NCBI GenBank assembly: GCA_963755025.1
Contig: CAVWIH010000014.1
Location: 352,001 to 416,000, forward strand
DNA length: 64,000 nucleotides
Direction: 5' to 3'
Source of the DNA: an uncultured Actinomycetes bacterium
Lineage (GTDB): Bacteria; Actinomycetota; Thermoleophilia; UBA2241
In this document: in pieces, positions 1-10,402 of the stretch
How positions within the stretch are numbered: the first letter of the stretch is position 1
How the letters are laid out: each line of letters starts with the position of its first letter
Notes under the pieces: generated by a model
Seen by the model: the letters and a program-made list of their open reading frames with translations, nothing else
Databases searched by the model: none
What the model was told of the DNA's origin: nothing
Translations under genes and position numbers: made by a program

Positions 1-660
1 CAGCAGGCCAGAGACGCTGAGCACCGCCGTGGCCCAGTTGTAGTCGGGCCACGGCGAGACGCGCAAGATATAGGCCGTGCCGCCCGCCAGCGGCAGGATC
101 GAGGCCACCACCAACGAAAGCGACTGGCGCACGTGGATGCTGTGCGCATGCATCGTGTTGCGCACCAGTAACAGGGCGGCGACCAGCAGGATGACGTACT
201 CGAAGGGCATCCCGCCAAAGCGCCACAAGGGACCATAGTCGGGGTGCAGCGCGCTGAGCGCGCCGTGCGTGACCACCTGGGGATGACCCCGGAACGACCG
301 GTAGGGGTTCACGACGATGCCCAGGTAGAGCGCGCCGCCGGCCGCGCCCAGGGCGGCCCACACGGCGCGCGACAGCCCGCGGCGCCTGGTATAGACCATC
401 ACGACCTGCAGCCAGAACAGCGGCAGCGCGAGCATGGCCGCGTACTCGAGGTCGGCCCACACGATCTTCGCGTGCAGGCCCACGGCCATGAGCTCGAATG
501 CATACCCGATCGTCCACACGAGCAGCGCCGCCACCGTGGCGGCGAACCAGAGAGCGACGGGTTCGGCGCGGTTGCGCCAGGCCACGATAAGCATGACGGC
601 GCCGAAGAGCGCCGTGACCACCAGGGGGATGACGAAGGGCGTGTAGTGGTAGTGCGTCAT
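1..660 (-). CDS. Membrane sensor with N-terminal 7TM (HisKA_7TM-like) domain; runs off the window edge
   Basis: Not in the ORF track. Manual translation from ATG at 660 gives MTHYHYTPFVIPLVVTALFGAVMLIVAWRNRAEPVALWFAATVAALLVWTIGYAFEL..., with several TM helices and an open frame to position 1. Confidence 0.7.
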   Translation of the reverse strand, partial: MTHYHYTPFVIPLVVTALFGAVMLIVAWRNRAEPVALWFAATVAALLVWTIGYAFELMAVGLHAKIVWADLEYAAMLALPLFWLQVVMVYTRRRGLSRAVWAALGAAGGALYLGIVVNPYRSFRGHPQVVTHGALSALHPDYGPLWRFGGMPFEYVILLVAALLLVRNTMHAHSIHVRQSLSLVVASILPLAGGTAYILRVSPWPDYNWATAVLSVSGLL

Positions 661-859
661 CTACAGGGGTCGCGTCGGCTGTTTGAGCAAATCCCGCACC
701 TTTGTGTTGTCGGCTTTGGCTGCGCTCGCCTTGAGCGCGGCGCAGCCTCGCAGTCGTCGCCGCCGCGCCGTGTTGCGGCTATCCTAGACGTCGAGAGGCG
801 CGCCCAGGCCGGCTCCCCGGAGCCGGACAGCGCGCCGCACCCCCCGACGAAAGGCGCTC

Positions 860-1246
860 ATGACCGGCTACACCATCCTCAACCTGCTCGAGATCGACGA
901 CTCGGTCGCCGGACGCATGCCCGGCCTCGAAGGCCGCTTCGCCCGCACCAGCCTCGACTCCCGCGACATCGGCGTCAGTCACTTTCGCTACGCCGCCGAC
1001 CTGCGCTCCAAGATGGGCCATCGTCACGGCGTCCAGGAAGAGGTCTACCTCGTGGTCGCGGGGTCGGGCCAGGTGCTGCTCGACGGCACGGTCCACGAGC
1101 TCCACCAATGGGACCTCGTGCGCGTCGCGCCGCAGGTGGTCAGGGCGTTCGCGGCCGGCCCCGAGGGCCTCGACGTGGTCGCCATCGGCGGACCCAAGCC
1201 CGAAGGCAGCGACGGCGAGATGCTCGAAGTCACGTGGCCTGCCTGA
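860..1246 (+). CDS. Cupin-domain protein
   Basis: GHRHGVQEEVYLVVAGSG and DLVRVAPQVVR cupin motifs; AAAGG RBS upstream. Confidence 0.8.
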   Translation: MTGYTILNLLEIDDSVAGRMPGLEGRFARTSLDSRDIGVSHFRYAADLRSKMGHRHGVQEEVYLVVAGSGQVLLDGTVHELHQWDLVRVAPQVVRAFAAGPEGLDVVAIGGPKPEGSDGEMLEVTWPA

Positions 1247-1298
1247 GCTGAAGGCGACCCCGTCCCCGGGCCCGGCGGCCCGGCCAGCACATCTGGCC

Positions 1299-1326
1299 GG
1301 CGCCTGACCGGGCCCGGTCAGGCGCC
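1299..1326. terminator. Perfect 28-bp palindrome between convergent genes; probable bidirectional terminator
   Basis: GGCGCCTGACCGGGCCCGGTCAGGCGCC is its own reverse complement. Confidence 0.55.
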
Positions 1327-1336
1327 CGGTCCGCGG

Positions 1337-2509
1337 CTACATCCTGCGGACGACCTCGCCCATCAGGTCCTTCTCCTGCAGGCCGCTCTCGATGTCGGTG
1401 ATGAGCGAACAGCTCGTCGCCCAGAACGAGACGTCGACGCGCTGGCCTTCGTGCCACTCGTCGCGCTCGGTGCGAAAGAGGTTCTGCTGGAGGACCTGGG
1501 CCAGGTGGCGGTCGCCGAGGCTCACGATGAACTGGGTCACCGAGCCGACGTAGACCACCGCTTTGATCACCGCGGCAAAGACGTTCTCGCGATCGCCGGT
1601 CGCCGTGGTGTCGTGCTCGGCGGTAATCAGGAGCTTCTCGGGCCGTACGACGATGCCCACCTTGGCGCCGACCGCCAGGTCATCGTGCCCATGCACGGAG
1701 ACGACGACGCGCAGGCCGCCGGTCGTCACGCACTCGGCGACATCGCCGCGCAGCGCCTTCACTTCCGACGGATAGATGTTCGATACGCCGATGAAGTTGG
1801 CCACGAAGGCCGACTGCGGGTTCTCGTAGATCTCGGCGGGCGAGCTCACCTGCTCGACGACTCCCTGGCTCATGACGGCGATGCGGTCGCTCATGGTGAG
1901 CGCCTCTTCCTGGTCGTGGGTCACGTAGATGAACGTGATGCCGACGTCGCCCTGCAGCTTCTTGAGCTCGAGCTGCATGGCTTTGCGCAGCTTGGCGTCG
2001 AGCGCGCCCAGCGGTTCGTCGAGCAACAGCACGGTGGGCTGGTTGACCAGCGCCCGCGCCAGGGCGACGCGCTGCTGCTGCCCGCCCGACAGCTCGCTCG
2101 GCTTGCGCCGACTCATCTTGTCCATCTCGACCATCTCGAGCGACTCGCCGACGCGCCGCGTCACGTCGGCCCGCGACACGCGCTTGCGTTTCAGGCCGAA
2201 GGCGACGTTCTCCCAGACGTTCAGATGCGGAAAGAGCCCGTAGTTCTGGAACACCGTGTTGACCGGCCGCTTGTAGGGCGGCACGCCCGCCATCGGCGCG
2301 TTCGCCACGTAGATCTCGCCGGCGGTGGGGTGCTCGAACCCCGCCACCATGCGCAACGTCGTCGTCTTGCCGCAGCCCGAGGGACCGAGCAGCGAGAAGA
2401 ACTCGCCGGCGCGCACGCGCAGGTCCATGTCCTTGACGGCCACGTAGTCGCCGAAACGCTTGGTGACGTGCTCCAGCACGACATCGTCCGACCCAGCTTC
2501 TTGCGTCAT
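1337..2509 (-). CDS. potA: Polyamine-type ABC transporter ATP-binding subunit (PotA family)
   Basis: Walker [31 protein letters not shown] and a TOBE-like tail. Start MTQEAG at 2509 overlaps the upstream stop (ATGA). Ends in TAG. Confidence 0.9.
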   Translation of the reverse strand: MTQEAGSDDVVLEHVTKRFGDYVAVKDMDLRVRAGEFFSLLGPSGCGKTTTLRMVAGFEHPTAGEIYVANAPMAGVPPYKRPVNTVFQNYGLFPHLNVWENVAFGLKRKRVSRADVTRRVGESLEMVEMDKMSRRKPSELSGGQQQRVALARALVNQPTVLLLDEPLGALDAKLRKAMQLELKKLQGDVGITFIYVTHDQEEALTMSDRIAVMSQGVVEQVSSPAEIYENPQSAFVANFIGVSNIYPSEVKALRGDVAECVTTGGLRVVVSVHGHDDLAVGAKVGIVVRPEKLLITAEHDTTATGDRENVFAAVIKAVVYVGSVTQFIVSLGDRHLAQVLQQNLFRTERDEWHEGQRVDVSFWATSCSLITDIESGLQEKDLMGEVVRRM

Positions 2510-4588
2510 TGCGACGGTGCCTCGCTTTCTGGCCGCGACCCGAACAGGCGCGGCGTCGACCAGGACCAGGTGCGCTCGAAGAACGGCTCGTCGCCGTCGT
2601 GCGCGCTCAGCCGGGTCTCGACGTGGAATGCCTGTTCGTCGCAGCTCATGGTGCTGTCGACCTCGGTGACGGTCCTCCAGCCTGGACCGCCGATCTCCAT
2701 GGTGCGCTCGCAGCGCACGGTGGCCGAGAGCGGGTCGCCCTCGACGATGGCGTAGGTGTTGCGACCCCACTCGCCCACGACCAGCCCCGACGCGGTCAGG
2801 CGCACTCGCCCCGGCAGGCCATCGGGCTCGACCACCAGCTCGACGCGCCGCGAGAGCAGGTCGCGAGTCGTGGTGGCGCGGCCAGCCAGGGTCTCCAGCA
2901 CCTCGATCTCGAGGGGCGGCGCCACCTCGACCGGCGAGAACCGCGGCGCAGCTTCGGCCGCCGGGGCGCGGCGCACGGGCAACGTGAGCCGGCAGGCGCT
3001 GGGGCGCAGCGTGAGGGTCACCGGCTCGGGTGAGGGCCAGACCCACGGCCAGTAGGTCGGCGCCACCGTGAGCCGCAGGCTGTGGCCCTGCGGCACGCGG
3101 TAGCCGATGCTGTTCAGCGTGACCCGCACCGCGTACGGCCGCCCCGGCTCGAGCGCGGCCGGGCGCTCGCGGTCGTCACGATGCTCCAGGTTCAGGACGC
3201 CGCGCGTGACCAGGCTGACCGCGCCCGTGGGGTTCACGTCGCACAGGCGCACCGCCACGAACGCGTGGGGCCGGTCGGCGGCCACCTCGAGGTCGACGGT
3301 GGGAAAGCCCAGGATCTCGAGCGGCTCGTCCAGCGGCGCGGAGTCGAACGCCAGCGCCAGGGCGTCGTCGCCGCGCTGGTCGCCGGGCAGCGCCGCCTTG
3401 CCGGCGTGCGGGCACCACGTGCCCGAGGCGAGGCCCGAAGCCTCCACTCCCCGCACGCTGAGGGTCTCGTCGCCGCCCGCGGGCTGGGTACCGAGCGTGT
3501 GGGCGCCGAAGTGCAGCGTCAGGCCGGAGTCGTCGCGAGCGACCGGCGCGAGCTCGTCTACGCCGACCCAGTGCCCGGCGCGCTGCTCGTACGCCGTGGC
3601 CGGCTCTTCGGCGTCGAGCACGTAGGCCCGCAGCAGGGGTTCGCTCATCACGCCGGTCTCGATGCCCTTGAGCCACTGGTCCCACCAGCGCAGGCACTCC
3701 TGGTTGAAGCCGATCTGCGGACCGGGGGAGGCCTCGTCGGGGTACTGGTGCGCCCAGGGGCCGATCAGGCCGCGGCGCGGCGCGGTGAGGTTGGCGAGCA
3801 GGCGCGACACCGTGTCGTGGTAGGGGTCGGCCCAACCGCCGACCGTGAGCACCGCGCACTCGATGGCGCGGTAGTCCTCGCACACCGAGCCGTGCTTCCA
3901 GTAGTCGTCGTAGAGCTGGTGCGTGAGCCAGGCGTGCACGTACGGCTCGGCCGCCTCGAGACGCTCGCGCCAGCGGGCGCGCCACTCGTCGCCCAGCACC
4001 GCGGGGTCGGGTGGCCGCAGGTTGTAGGCAAAGGCCGTGATGCCCCACGAGAGCATGTCGTAGGCGAGCACGTTGCCGCCGATGTAGTGGCAGTCGCCGG
4101 CGTAGCGGTCGTCGGCGGAATGGACCGTGACGATCGCCTTGAGCTGCCTGGGCCGCAGCGCCGCCACCTGCAGCGCGTTGAAGCCACCCCACGAGTAGCC
4201 CATCATGCCGACCGCGCCGGTGCACCAGGGCTGCTGCTCGAGCCAGGCCAGCACGTCGAGGGCGTCCTCGAGCTCCTGCTCGAGGTACTCGTCGTAGATG
4301 AGGCCGTCGGAGTCGCCCGTGCCGCGCAGGTCGACACGCAGGGCGGCGTAGCCGTGGCCGGCGAAGTAGGGGTGGCGCAGCACGTCGGAGAGGATGGTGC
4401 CGTCGTTCTTACGGTACGGGATGTATTCGAGGATGGCCGGCACCGGGTCGCTGCTCGGCGTCGACCGGCAGCCAGATGCGCGCCGCCAGGCGGCAGCCGT
4501 CGCGCAGCGGGATCCAGGCGTGCTCGACGGTGCGGACCTCGCGCGGGAACTCCGTGCGCACGGTCCTCGGCGGAGCATTCAGTTTCAC
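2506..4588 (-). CDS. CocE/NonD family serine hydrolase; apparent frameshift near 4450
   Basis: N-terminus WIPLRDGCRLAARIWLP is in one frame; ILEYIPYRK, GYSWGG nucleophile elbow and GPWAH are in another. GTG start with GGAGG RBS. Confidence 0.85.
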
Positions 4589-4601
4589 CGACGCCTCCCC
4601 A

Positions 4602-5417
4602 CTAGTAGCCAAGGTCCCTGGTGAGGGAACGCTTGCCGGAGCTCGAACGACCCAGTATCCAGACGAACAGGAACGTGATGCCGATCAGCAGGACGGTGAC
4701 GAACGTGCCGATCGCGTTCACCTCGGGCGACACGCGGAAGCGGATCAGGCCGAAGATGAGCAGCGGCAGCGTCGTGACGTGCGAGCCGGCCAGGAAGAAA
4801 GCGGTCACGACGTCGTCGAACGACAGGCTGAAGGCAAGGACGGCGGCCGCCAGTATGCCGGGCAGCAGGCCCGGCAAGGTGACCCTGAAGAAGACGCTTG
4901 CCGGTCTGGCGCCCAGGTCGGCGGCGGCCTCTTCGACCGCCGGGTCGAGCAGCCGCACGCGCGCCTGCAGGATGACGGTGGCAAAGGCCGAGTCCCAGAC
5001 GCTCTGGCCGATGACCGTCGTGGCTATGCCCAGCTGCACGCCGACGCGCGTGAAGATCAGGAACAGGGCGGTCGCCGAGACCACCGCCGGCAGCACAAGG
5101 CGCACGTACACGGAGACGTCGAACACGCGCCGCCCGCGCGGCGTGGCGTGGCGCCACCACAAGACGCCGGTGAGCGCCGCGAACACCGACACCACCGTGG
5201 TCAGCAGGCCCACCTGGAGCGACGTGCCGAGCCCAGAACGCACGCTGGGGTCGCTCACCGCCTGCCTGATCCAGGTCGAGGTGAAGCCGCCCCAGTGCAC
5301 GAGCGTGGAGTCGGCGTTCAGGGCGTTCAGCACCACGACGACGATCGGCAGCCACATGAACACGATGCCGAGGACACCGATCGCGACCACGACGGGGTGC
5401 TTGCGCAGAAAGGTCAT
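4602..5417 (-). CDS. potC: Polyamine-type ABC permease (PotC family)
   Basis: EEAAADLGA EAA loop, SFDDVV, TLPL; start overlaps the potB stop. Confidence 0.85.
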   Translation of the reverse strand: MTFLRKHPVVVAIGVLGIVFMWLPIVVVVLNALNADSTLVHWGGFTSTWIRQAVSDPSVRSGLGTSLQVGLLTTVVSVFAALTGVLWWRHATPRGRRVFDVSVYVRLVLPAVVSATALFLIFTRVGVQLGIATTVIGQSVWDSAFATVILQARVRLLDPAVEEAAADLGARPASVFFRVTLPGLLPGILAAAVLAFSLSFDDVVTAFFLAGSHVTTLPLLIFGLIRFRVSPEVNAIGTFVTVLLIGITFLFVWILGRSSSGKRSLTRDLGY

Positions 5418-6274
5418 GCCCGCCTCGCGCGGCGTAGCAGCGGCTGCACCAGGAGCATGAGGATCACGAGGGCGATGAGGCACATCGCGAGGGCCGAGCC
5501 GAACGACAGGTTGCCGATGTCGAGGAACTGCGTCGCGATGACATTGCCCAGCATCAGCGTCTTGCCGCCGCCGAGGATCTGGGGCGTGACGAACTCGCCG
5601 GTGGCCGGGATGCCGACGAGCAGGGCGCCTGCGATCAGCCCCGGCCGCGCCAGCGGCACGACGATGCGCCACATGAAGTGCCAGCCGTGGCTGCCCAGGT
5701 CTTCGGCGGCCTCGAGCACGGTGGGGTCGAGCCGCTCGAGGGCCACGTAGACCGGCAGGACCATGAGCGGCAGGTAGCCGTAGACGATGCCGATGGCGAT
5801 CGCGGTCGGCGTGTAGAGGATGCCGAGTGAGCCGTGCAGGACGCCGAGGTGGCGCAGCACCGACTCGAGCAGGCCGCCGTTCTGCAGGATGTTCGTCCAG
5901 GCGTAGATACGGATCAGGAAGCTGGTCCAGAAGGGCACGATGACCGCCAGCAGCAGGATCACCTGCACGCGGCCGCGCTGACTGACGATGAAGAAGGCGA
6001 TGGGCACAGCGAGGATGGCGCAGGCGAGGGTCGCGCTCGCCGAGAGGATGAGCGAGCGCTCGATGGTGCCCAGGTAGAGCGAGTCGCGCAGGCTGGTGTA
6101 GTTACCCAGCGTCCAGCCGAAGTGCGTGCCGAAGGTGACGAGGCTCGTCGTGCCCAGAGAGTACAGGGCGATCAGCGCCAGCGGCGCCACGAAGAACAGG
6201 GCGACCAGCAGCACGGTGGGCGCCGCCAACAGCAGGCGCCCACCGTGCAGGCCGAAGTGCGTCGTTCGTTTCAA
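5414..6274 (-). CDS. potB: Polyamine-type ABC permease (PotB family)
   Basis: VPFWTSFLIRIYAW, LEAAEDLG, PQILGG. Confidence 0.85.
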   Translation of the reverse strand: MKRTTHFGLHGGRLLLAAPTVLLVALFFVAPLALIALYSLGTTSLVTFGTHFGWTLGNYTSLRDSLYLGTIERSLILSASATLACAILAVPIAFFIVSQRGRVQVILLLAVIVPFWTSFLIRIYAWTNILQNGGLLESVLRHLGVLHGSLGILYTPTAIAIGIVYGYLPLMVLPVYVALERLDPTVLEAAEDLGSHGWHFMWRIVVPLARPGLIAGALLVGIPATGEFVTPQILGGGKTLMLGNVIATQFLDIGNLSFGSALAMCLIALVILMLLVQPLLRRARRA

Positions 6275-6336
6275 GGCAGGTCCGCGCCTCGACTAGCGCT
6301 GGTCTTCGTGCTCGTGACCGGTCGCGCGGCTCGCCG

Positions 6337-7491
6337 TCACGCCGCCTCGAACTTCGCCCAGGCGGTCCCCCACAGGGCGGTCGCCGCGCCGACGAACTGC
6401 GTCCACTCGACCTTTGCGAGCTGCGCCGCGGTGGGCTTGAGGGGAGCGCTGCTGCGCAGACCGGCGGTGACGTACGGATCGGCGGCCGACTCGACCCACG
6501 AGCTGCCCGTCGCGTTGACGAAGGTGGCGTAGACCTTGGGTTCGAGGTGGAAGTTGAGGAACGCATACGCCGTGTCGAGGTGCTTGGCGCCCTTGATGGG
6601 TATGAAGCCCTCGATGTAACCGACCGTGCCCTCGCTTGGCACAACCCAGCCGATGTTCTTGCTCGACTGCATGGCGACCGCGGTGTCGTAGTTGTAGCAA
6701 TGCGCCATGACGATCTCGCCCTTGGCGAGGCCGGTGGACACGTTGACCGACTGCGCGGCCAGCAGGTGCGGCTTGAGCTGGATCAGGGCCTTTGACGCCT
6801 GGTCGAGCTCGGCAGCGCTCGTCGAGTTGGCCGAGTAGCCCAGGTACTTGAGCGCGATGCCCAGCGTGGCGCGGTCGAGATCTTCGACGGTGACCTTGCC
6901 GCTGTATTTGGTCATGGCCAGCTTCCAGAAGTCGGCCCAGCTGGTAAGGGGCTCCGTGACGATGTCTTTGCGGTAGCCGATGACCCCGAACCCGTAGTCG
7001 TTGGGCACGGCGTCGGGATAGTCCTTGCGATAGGTCGCATCGACGTTCGAGATGTTCGGCATGGCCGCCCAGTCCGGCTCCTGGTACACGCCGGCCGCCT
7101 TCATCTGGCCCAGCGTCGGCAGGTCGCCGAGCGCGGCGTCGTACGCCCCCGGGTTGTTCTTGATGAGCTCGACCGTGCCGGCGATGGTGCTCGGCATGCT
7201 GGTGTTCATGTAGATGCTGGCCGTGGGGAACTGCTTGTGAAAGTCGGCGACCTCGTGGGGGCCGATCCAGCCGGGGAAGTTCGAGATCACGGCCTGGCCG
7301 ACTGGCGTGGCCGCGCCGGAGGACGATGCCGACGCAGCCGAGCTCGGCGAGCTGCTGCCGCAGGCGGCGAGGAAGGTTCCGGCGAGCGCCGGCACGGAGA
7401 GCACCAGCGCGCCGCGCGCGAGAAACTGCCGGCGCGAGAGCGGGCCGCTGAAATACCGAGAGAGGTCTGGGGTGCCGGCGTCGTCTGTCAC
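6337..7491 (-). CDS. potD: Polyamine-type ABC substrate-binding lipoprotein (PotD family) with Tat signal
   Basis: SRRQFL twin-arginine motif, LAAC lipobox, PSEG motif, AYAFLNF; GTG at 7491 follows GGAGGA. Confidence 0.8.
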   Translation of the reverse strand: MTDDAGTPDLSRYFSGPLSRRQFLARGALVLSVPALAGTFLAACGSSSPSSAASASSSGAATPVGQAVISNFPGWIGPHEVADFHKQFPTASIYMNTSMPSTIAGTVELIKNNPGAYDAALGDLPTLGQMKAAGVYQEPDWAAMPNISNVDATYRKDYPDAVPNDYGFGVIGYRKDIVTEPLTSWADFWKLAMTKYSGKVTVEDLDRATLGIALKYLGYSANSTSAAELDQASKALIQLKPHLLAAQSVNVSTGLAKGEIVMAHCYNYDTAVAMQSSKNIGWVVPSEGTVGYIEGFIPIKGAKHLDTAYAFLNFHLEPKVYATFVNATGSSWVESAADPYVTAGLRSSAPLKPTAAQLAKVEWTQFVGAATALWGTAWAKFEAA

Positions 7492-7715
7492 GTCTCCTCC
7501 AAAAGTAGCTCTTGGACGGTATTGTTGAGTGCTCATATCAACATGGCCGCGAATTCTAGTGACGCCTGCGGCAGGGTGCAACCCTGGGGCGGCGACTTCA
7601 CGACAACGACGGCGGGATGAGGTGGGCGTGACCGAAGCGCGTAGAGAGAGCCTCTATAGTCGGCGTTCCGCCCGCACATTTCAAGCGCAGCCGAAGCAAC
7701 CGCTGTTCGCGGCGC

Positions 7716-9065
7716 TCAGGGCACGGCGTCCAGGGCGGCCTGTGACGCCGTTTCGGGCTCGCCGGGCAGCGCACCCTCCAGCGCCTGGTCGAGGTCGCGC
7801 AGCAGATCGCCGGCGTCTTCGGTGCCCACCGAGATGCGCAGGGTGTCTTCGAACACGCCGGCGCGCTCCTGCTCTTCGGCCGTCAGGCCGTGGTGGATCG
7901 ATGTGGCCGGGTGGACGATCATCGACTTGGTGTCGCCCACGTTGACCATGTAGTCGAAGATCCGCACCCGCTCGAGCACGCGCTTGGCGCCGGCCAGCCC
8001 GCCGCGCACGCGCACGCCGAGGATGGCTCCGGAGCCGCGCGGGAAGTACTTCGCCGCAAGCTCGTGATAGGGGCTCGACGGCAGCGACGCATAGGCCACC
8101 TCGAGCACGGCCGGGTGCCCCTCCAGGAACGTGGCCACCTTGAGCGCGTTCTCGGCGTGCCGTTGCATGCGCAGCGACAGGGTCTCGACGCCGTTCAGCG
8201 TGAGGAACGCGGTCATAGGGCTCATGTGGCCACCGAACTCGGCGAGGTACCGCATGCGCAGCCGCCGCGTGAAGGCGGTGTGCTGCAGGGCGCCGGGCTC
8301 GATGTAGCGCGCGTTGTCGTCGAGGAAGCGCGCGAACTGCGGAAAGCGTCCGTTGCGCCAGTCGAACCCGCCCTTCTCGACGACGATCCCGCCGATCGTC
8401 GTGCCGTGGCCCGAGATGTACTTGGTCGAGGAGTGGCAGACGATGTCGGCGCCGAAGTCGAAGGGACGCAACAGGTACGGCGTGGCGAACGTGCCGTCGA
8501 CCACCAGAGGCACGCCGTGCTCGTGGGCGATCGCCGCGACCGCCTCGATGTCGACGACGTTCACCGACGGGTTGCCGAGGCTCTCGATGTAGAGCGCCTT
8601 CGTCCTGCCCGTGATGGCGGCCGCATAGGAGCGCAAGTCGCCGGGGTCGGCGATCCAGTTGGTGGTGATGCCGTAGTCGGGGAGCACGTCGGCGAGCAGG
8701 GTCGTGGTGCCGCCGTACAGCGTCTGCACCGCAGCGATCTCGTCGCCTGCCTGCGCCAGGTTGAGCAGCGTGCCCGAGATGGCGCTCATGCCCGAGGCCA
8801 GGCAGACGGCCGCGGCGCCTCGCTCGAGCGCGGCCATGCGCTTCTCGAGGACGTCGTTCGTCGGGTTCGAGAATCGCACGTAGGAGTGCCCTTCCTCTTC
8901 GTAGTTGAAGAGGCGCGTGCAACGGTCGAAGTCGCCGAGCTCGAAGGCCGCGGTCTGGTACACGGGCACCGCTTTTGAGCCGTTGTGCCCGGCGGGGTCG
9001 TAGCCGGCGTGGAGCTGGAGCGTGTCGAACGCCAGGCTGTCGTCGCTGTGGGCGTCGTAGGCCAC
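7716..9065 (-). CDS. metY: O-acetylhomoserine sulfhydrylase (Cys/Met metabolism PLP enzyme)
   Basis: YVRFSNPT, HSSTKYISGHG (PLP lysine), NVGDTKSMIVHPATSIH, LRISVGTE. Confidence 0.9.
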   Translation of the reverse strand: MAYDAHSDDSLAFDTLQLHAGYDPAGHNGSKAVPVYQTAAFELGDFDRCTRLFNYEEEGHSYVRFSNPTNDVLEKRMAALERGAAAVCLASGMSAISGTLLNLAQAGDEIAAVQTLYGGTTTLLADVLPDYGITTNWIADPGDLRSYAAAITGRTKALYIESLGNPSVNVVDIEAVAAIAHEHGVPLVVDGTFATPYLLRPFDFGADIVCHSSTKYISGHGTTIGGIVVEKGGFDWRNGRFPQFARFLDDNARYIEPGALQHTAFTRRLRMRYLAEFGGHMSPMTAFLTLNGVETLSLRMQRHAENALKVATFLEGHPAVLEVAYASLPSSPYHELAAKYFPRGSGAILGVRVRGGLAGAKRVLERVRIFDYMVNVGDTKSMIVHPATSIHHGLTAEEQERAGVFEDTLRISVGTEDAGDLLRDLDQALEGALPGEPETASQAALDAVP

Positions 9066-9084
9066 CGCAGGGTCCTTTCTCGGG

Positions 9085-9134
9085 CCTAGTCGAACGGGGT
9101 CATACTAGGTATTCTTGACCGGATTTGTCAAGAA
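9085..9134 (-). promoter_or_regulatory. sigma70-type promoter of metY with overlapping inverted repeat
   Basis: Minus strand TTGACA (9131-9126), 18 nt, TAGTAT (9107-9102); palindrome TTCTTGAC-N7-GTCAAGAA at 9112-9134. Confidence 0.6.
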
Positions 9135-9210
9135 GAGCTTGCCGACGGTCCGCGCGGCGCCGCCGGTGAACAGGCGCACCGCGGCCGTACCCGGCGATAA
9201 GCCTGCCGGG

Positions 9211-10317
9211 CTACCGGCGCCCGCGCGGACCGCGAGCCGCCCTGCCGCGCGAGCGCGCCCGCTTCATCTCGTACATGCGCCGGTCGGCCTCGCGCAGAAG
9301 GTCGTCGACACCAGCCGAGTCGGCGGTGTGCATGCCCATGCTGGCCGAGATCCGGGGCAGCTTGACGACGTTGTGCTGCGCGATCGCTTCGTTGACCTTG
9401 AACGCCACGCGCCGGGCGCCTTCGGCGTCGGTGCCCGGCATCAGCATGACGAACTCGTCGCCGCCGTATCGCGCCACGATGTCGGTCTCGCGACAGCTCG
9501 TGCCCAGCAGCTCCGCCAGGTCGCGCAGCAGGGTGTCACCGGCCGGGTGACCCTCGCTGTCGTTGACGCGCTTCATGCCGTCGACGTCGACGAAGAGGAT
9601 GCTCACCACCCCGCCGTTGCGGCGCAGCTCCTTGGCGGTGCGCTCGAGCGTGAGCTCGAGGTAGCTGCGGTTGTACACGCCGGTGAGACCGTCGTGCACG
9701 GCCATGGAATCCTTTTCTTCCATGAGCTGCCGGTTGTCGAGCGCGATGGCCGTCTGGATGGAGAAGGTGCGCAGCATGGTCCGCTCGTCCTCGCCGAACT
9801 GCTGGGGACGTTCGTAGAAGAGGACCAGCGCGCCGTATGTGCCGCGGTAGGTGTGGAGCGGCGCCGCGAGCAGGGCGCGGCAGTGGCTCGCGCCGGCCAG
9901 CCCCTCCCCGTCGGAGCCCTCCGCCTGCAGGTCGTCGACCGCGATCGTCTGGCCGTTCAGGATGACGCGGCCGAGGAGGGCGTCCTCGAGGGGCACGACG
10001 AAGAGCCGCTCGTCTCGGTCGGGCATGCCGTGCGCGTGCTTGGCGACCAGGACGTCGCCGCGCACGACGAGCAGCGCCGACCTCTGGGCGTTCATCAGGC
10101 GGGTCGTCTCGGTGAGGATGGTCTGCTCGAGCGAGGCCGAGTCGAGACTGCGATGCACCATCTCGGCCGCCTCGAGCAAGTCGTGCTGGCGGTCGATCCT
10201 TCGCTGCTGCTCGCGAAACAGCAGGGCGTACGACAAGTCGTGACGCGAGGGCTCCGGGAGCCGCGGCTCCGAAGGCGAAGGCTCGGGGGGCGATGGTCCG
10301 GGGGGCGATGGTTCCAT
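9211..10317 (-). CDS. GAF-GGDEF diguanylate cyclase
   Basis: HDGLTGVYNR, DVDGMKRVND, RETD I-site, RYGGDEF; GAF domain upstream. The ORF-track extension to 11037 is a shadow of the overlapping gene. Confidence 0.85.
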   Translation of the reverse strand: MEPSPPGPSPPEPSPSEPRLPEPSRHDLSYALLFREQQRRIDRQHDLLEAAEMVHRSLDSASLEQTILTETTRLMNAQRSALLVVRGDVLVAKHAHGMPDRDERLFVVPLEDALLGRVILNGQTIAVDDLQAEGSDGEGLAGASHCRALLAAPLHTYRGTYGALVLFYERPQQFGEDERTMLRTFSIQTAIALDNRQLMEEKDSMAVHDGLTGVYNRSYLELTLERTAKELRRNGGVVSILFVDVDGMKRVNDSEGHPAGDTLLRDLAELLGTSCRETDIVARYGGDEFVMLMPGTDAEGARRVAFKVNEAIAQHNVVKLPRISASMGMHTADSAGVDDLLREADRRMYEMKRARSRGRAARGPRGRR

Positions 10318-10402
10318 ACGACTATGATGCCACACACAACGCAGCGGCCAACGCGATACGAGCTTGCGGGCCGCGCGGCGAGGCTGCCGACCCGCGCCGG
10401 TA

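Noticed and set aside
244-1251. Long alternative-frame ORFs here and throughout (e.g. 13183-16095, 34723-36897, 61382-63844)
   Set aside because: Arg/Ala/Pro-rich shadow ORFs expected at high GC, overlapping genes with clear family motifs.
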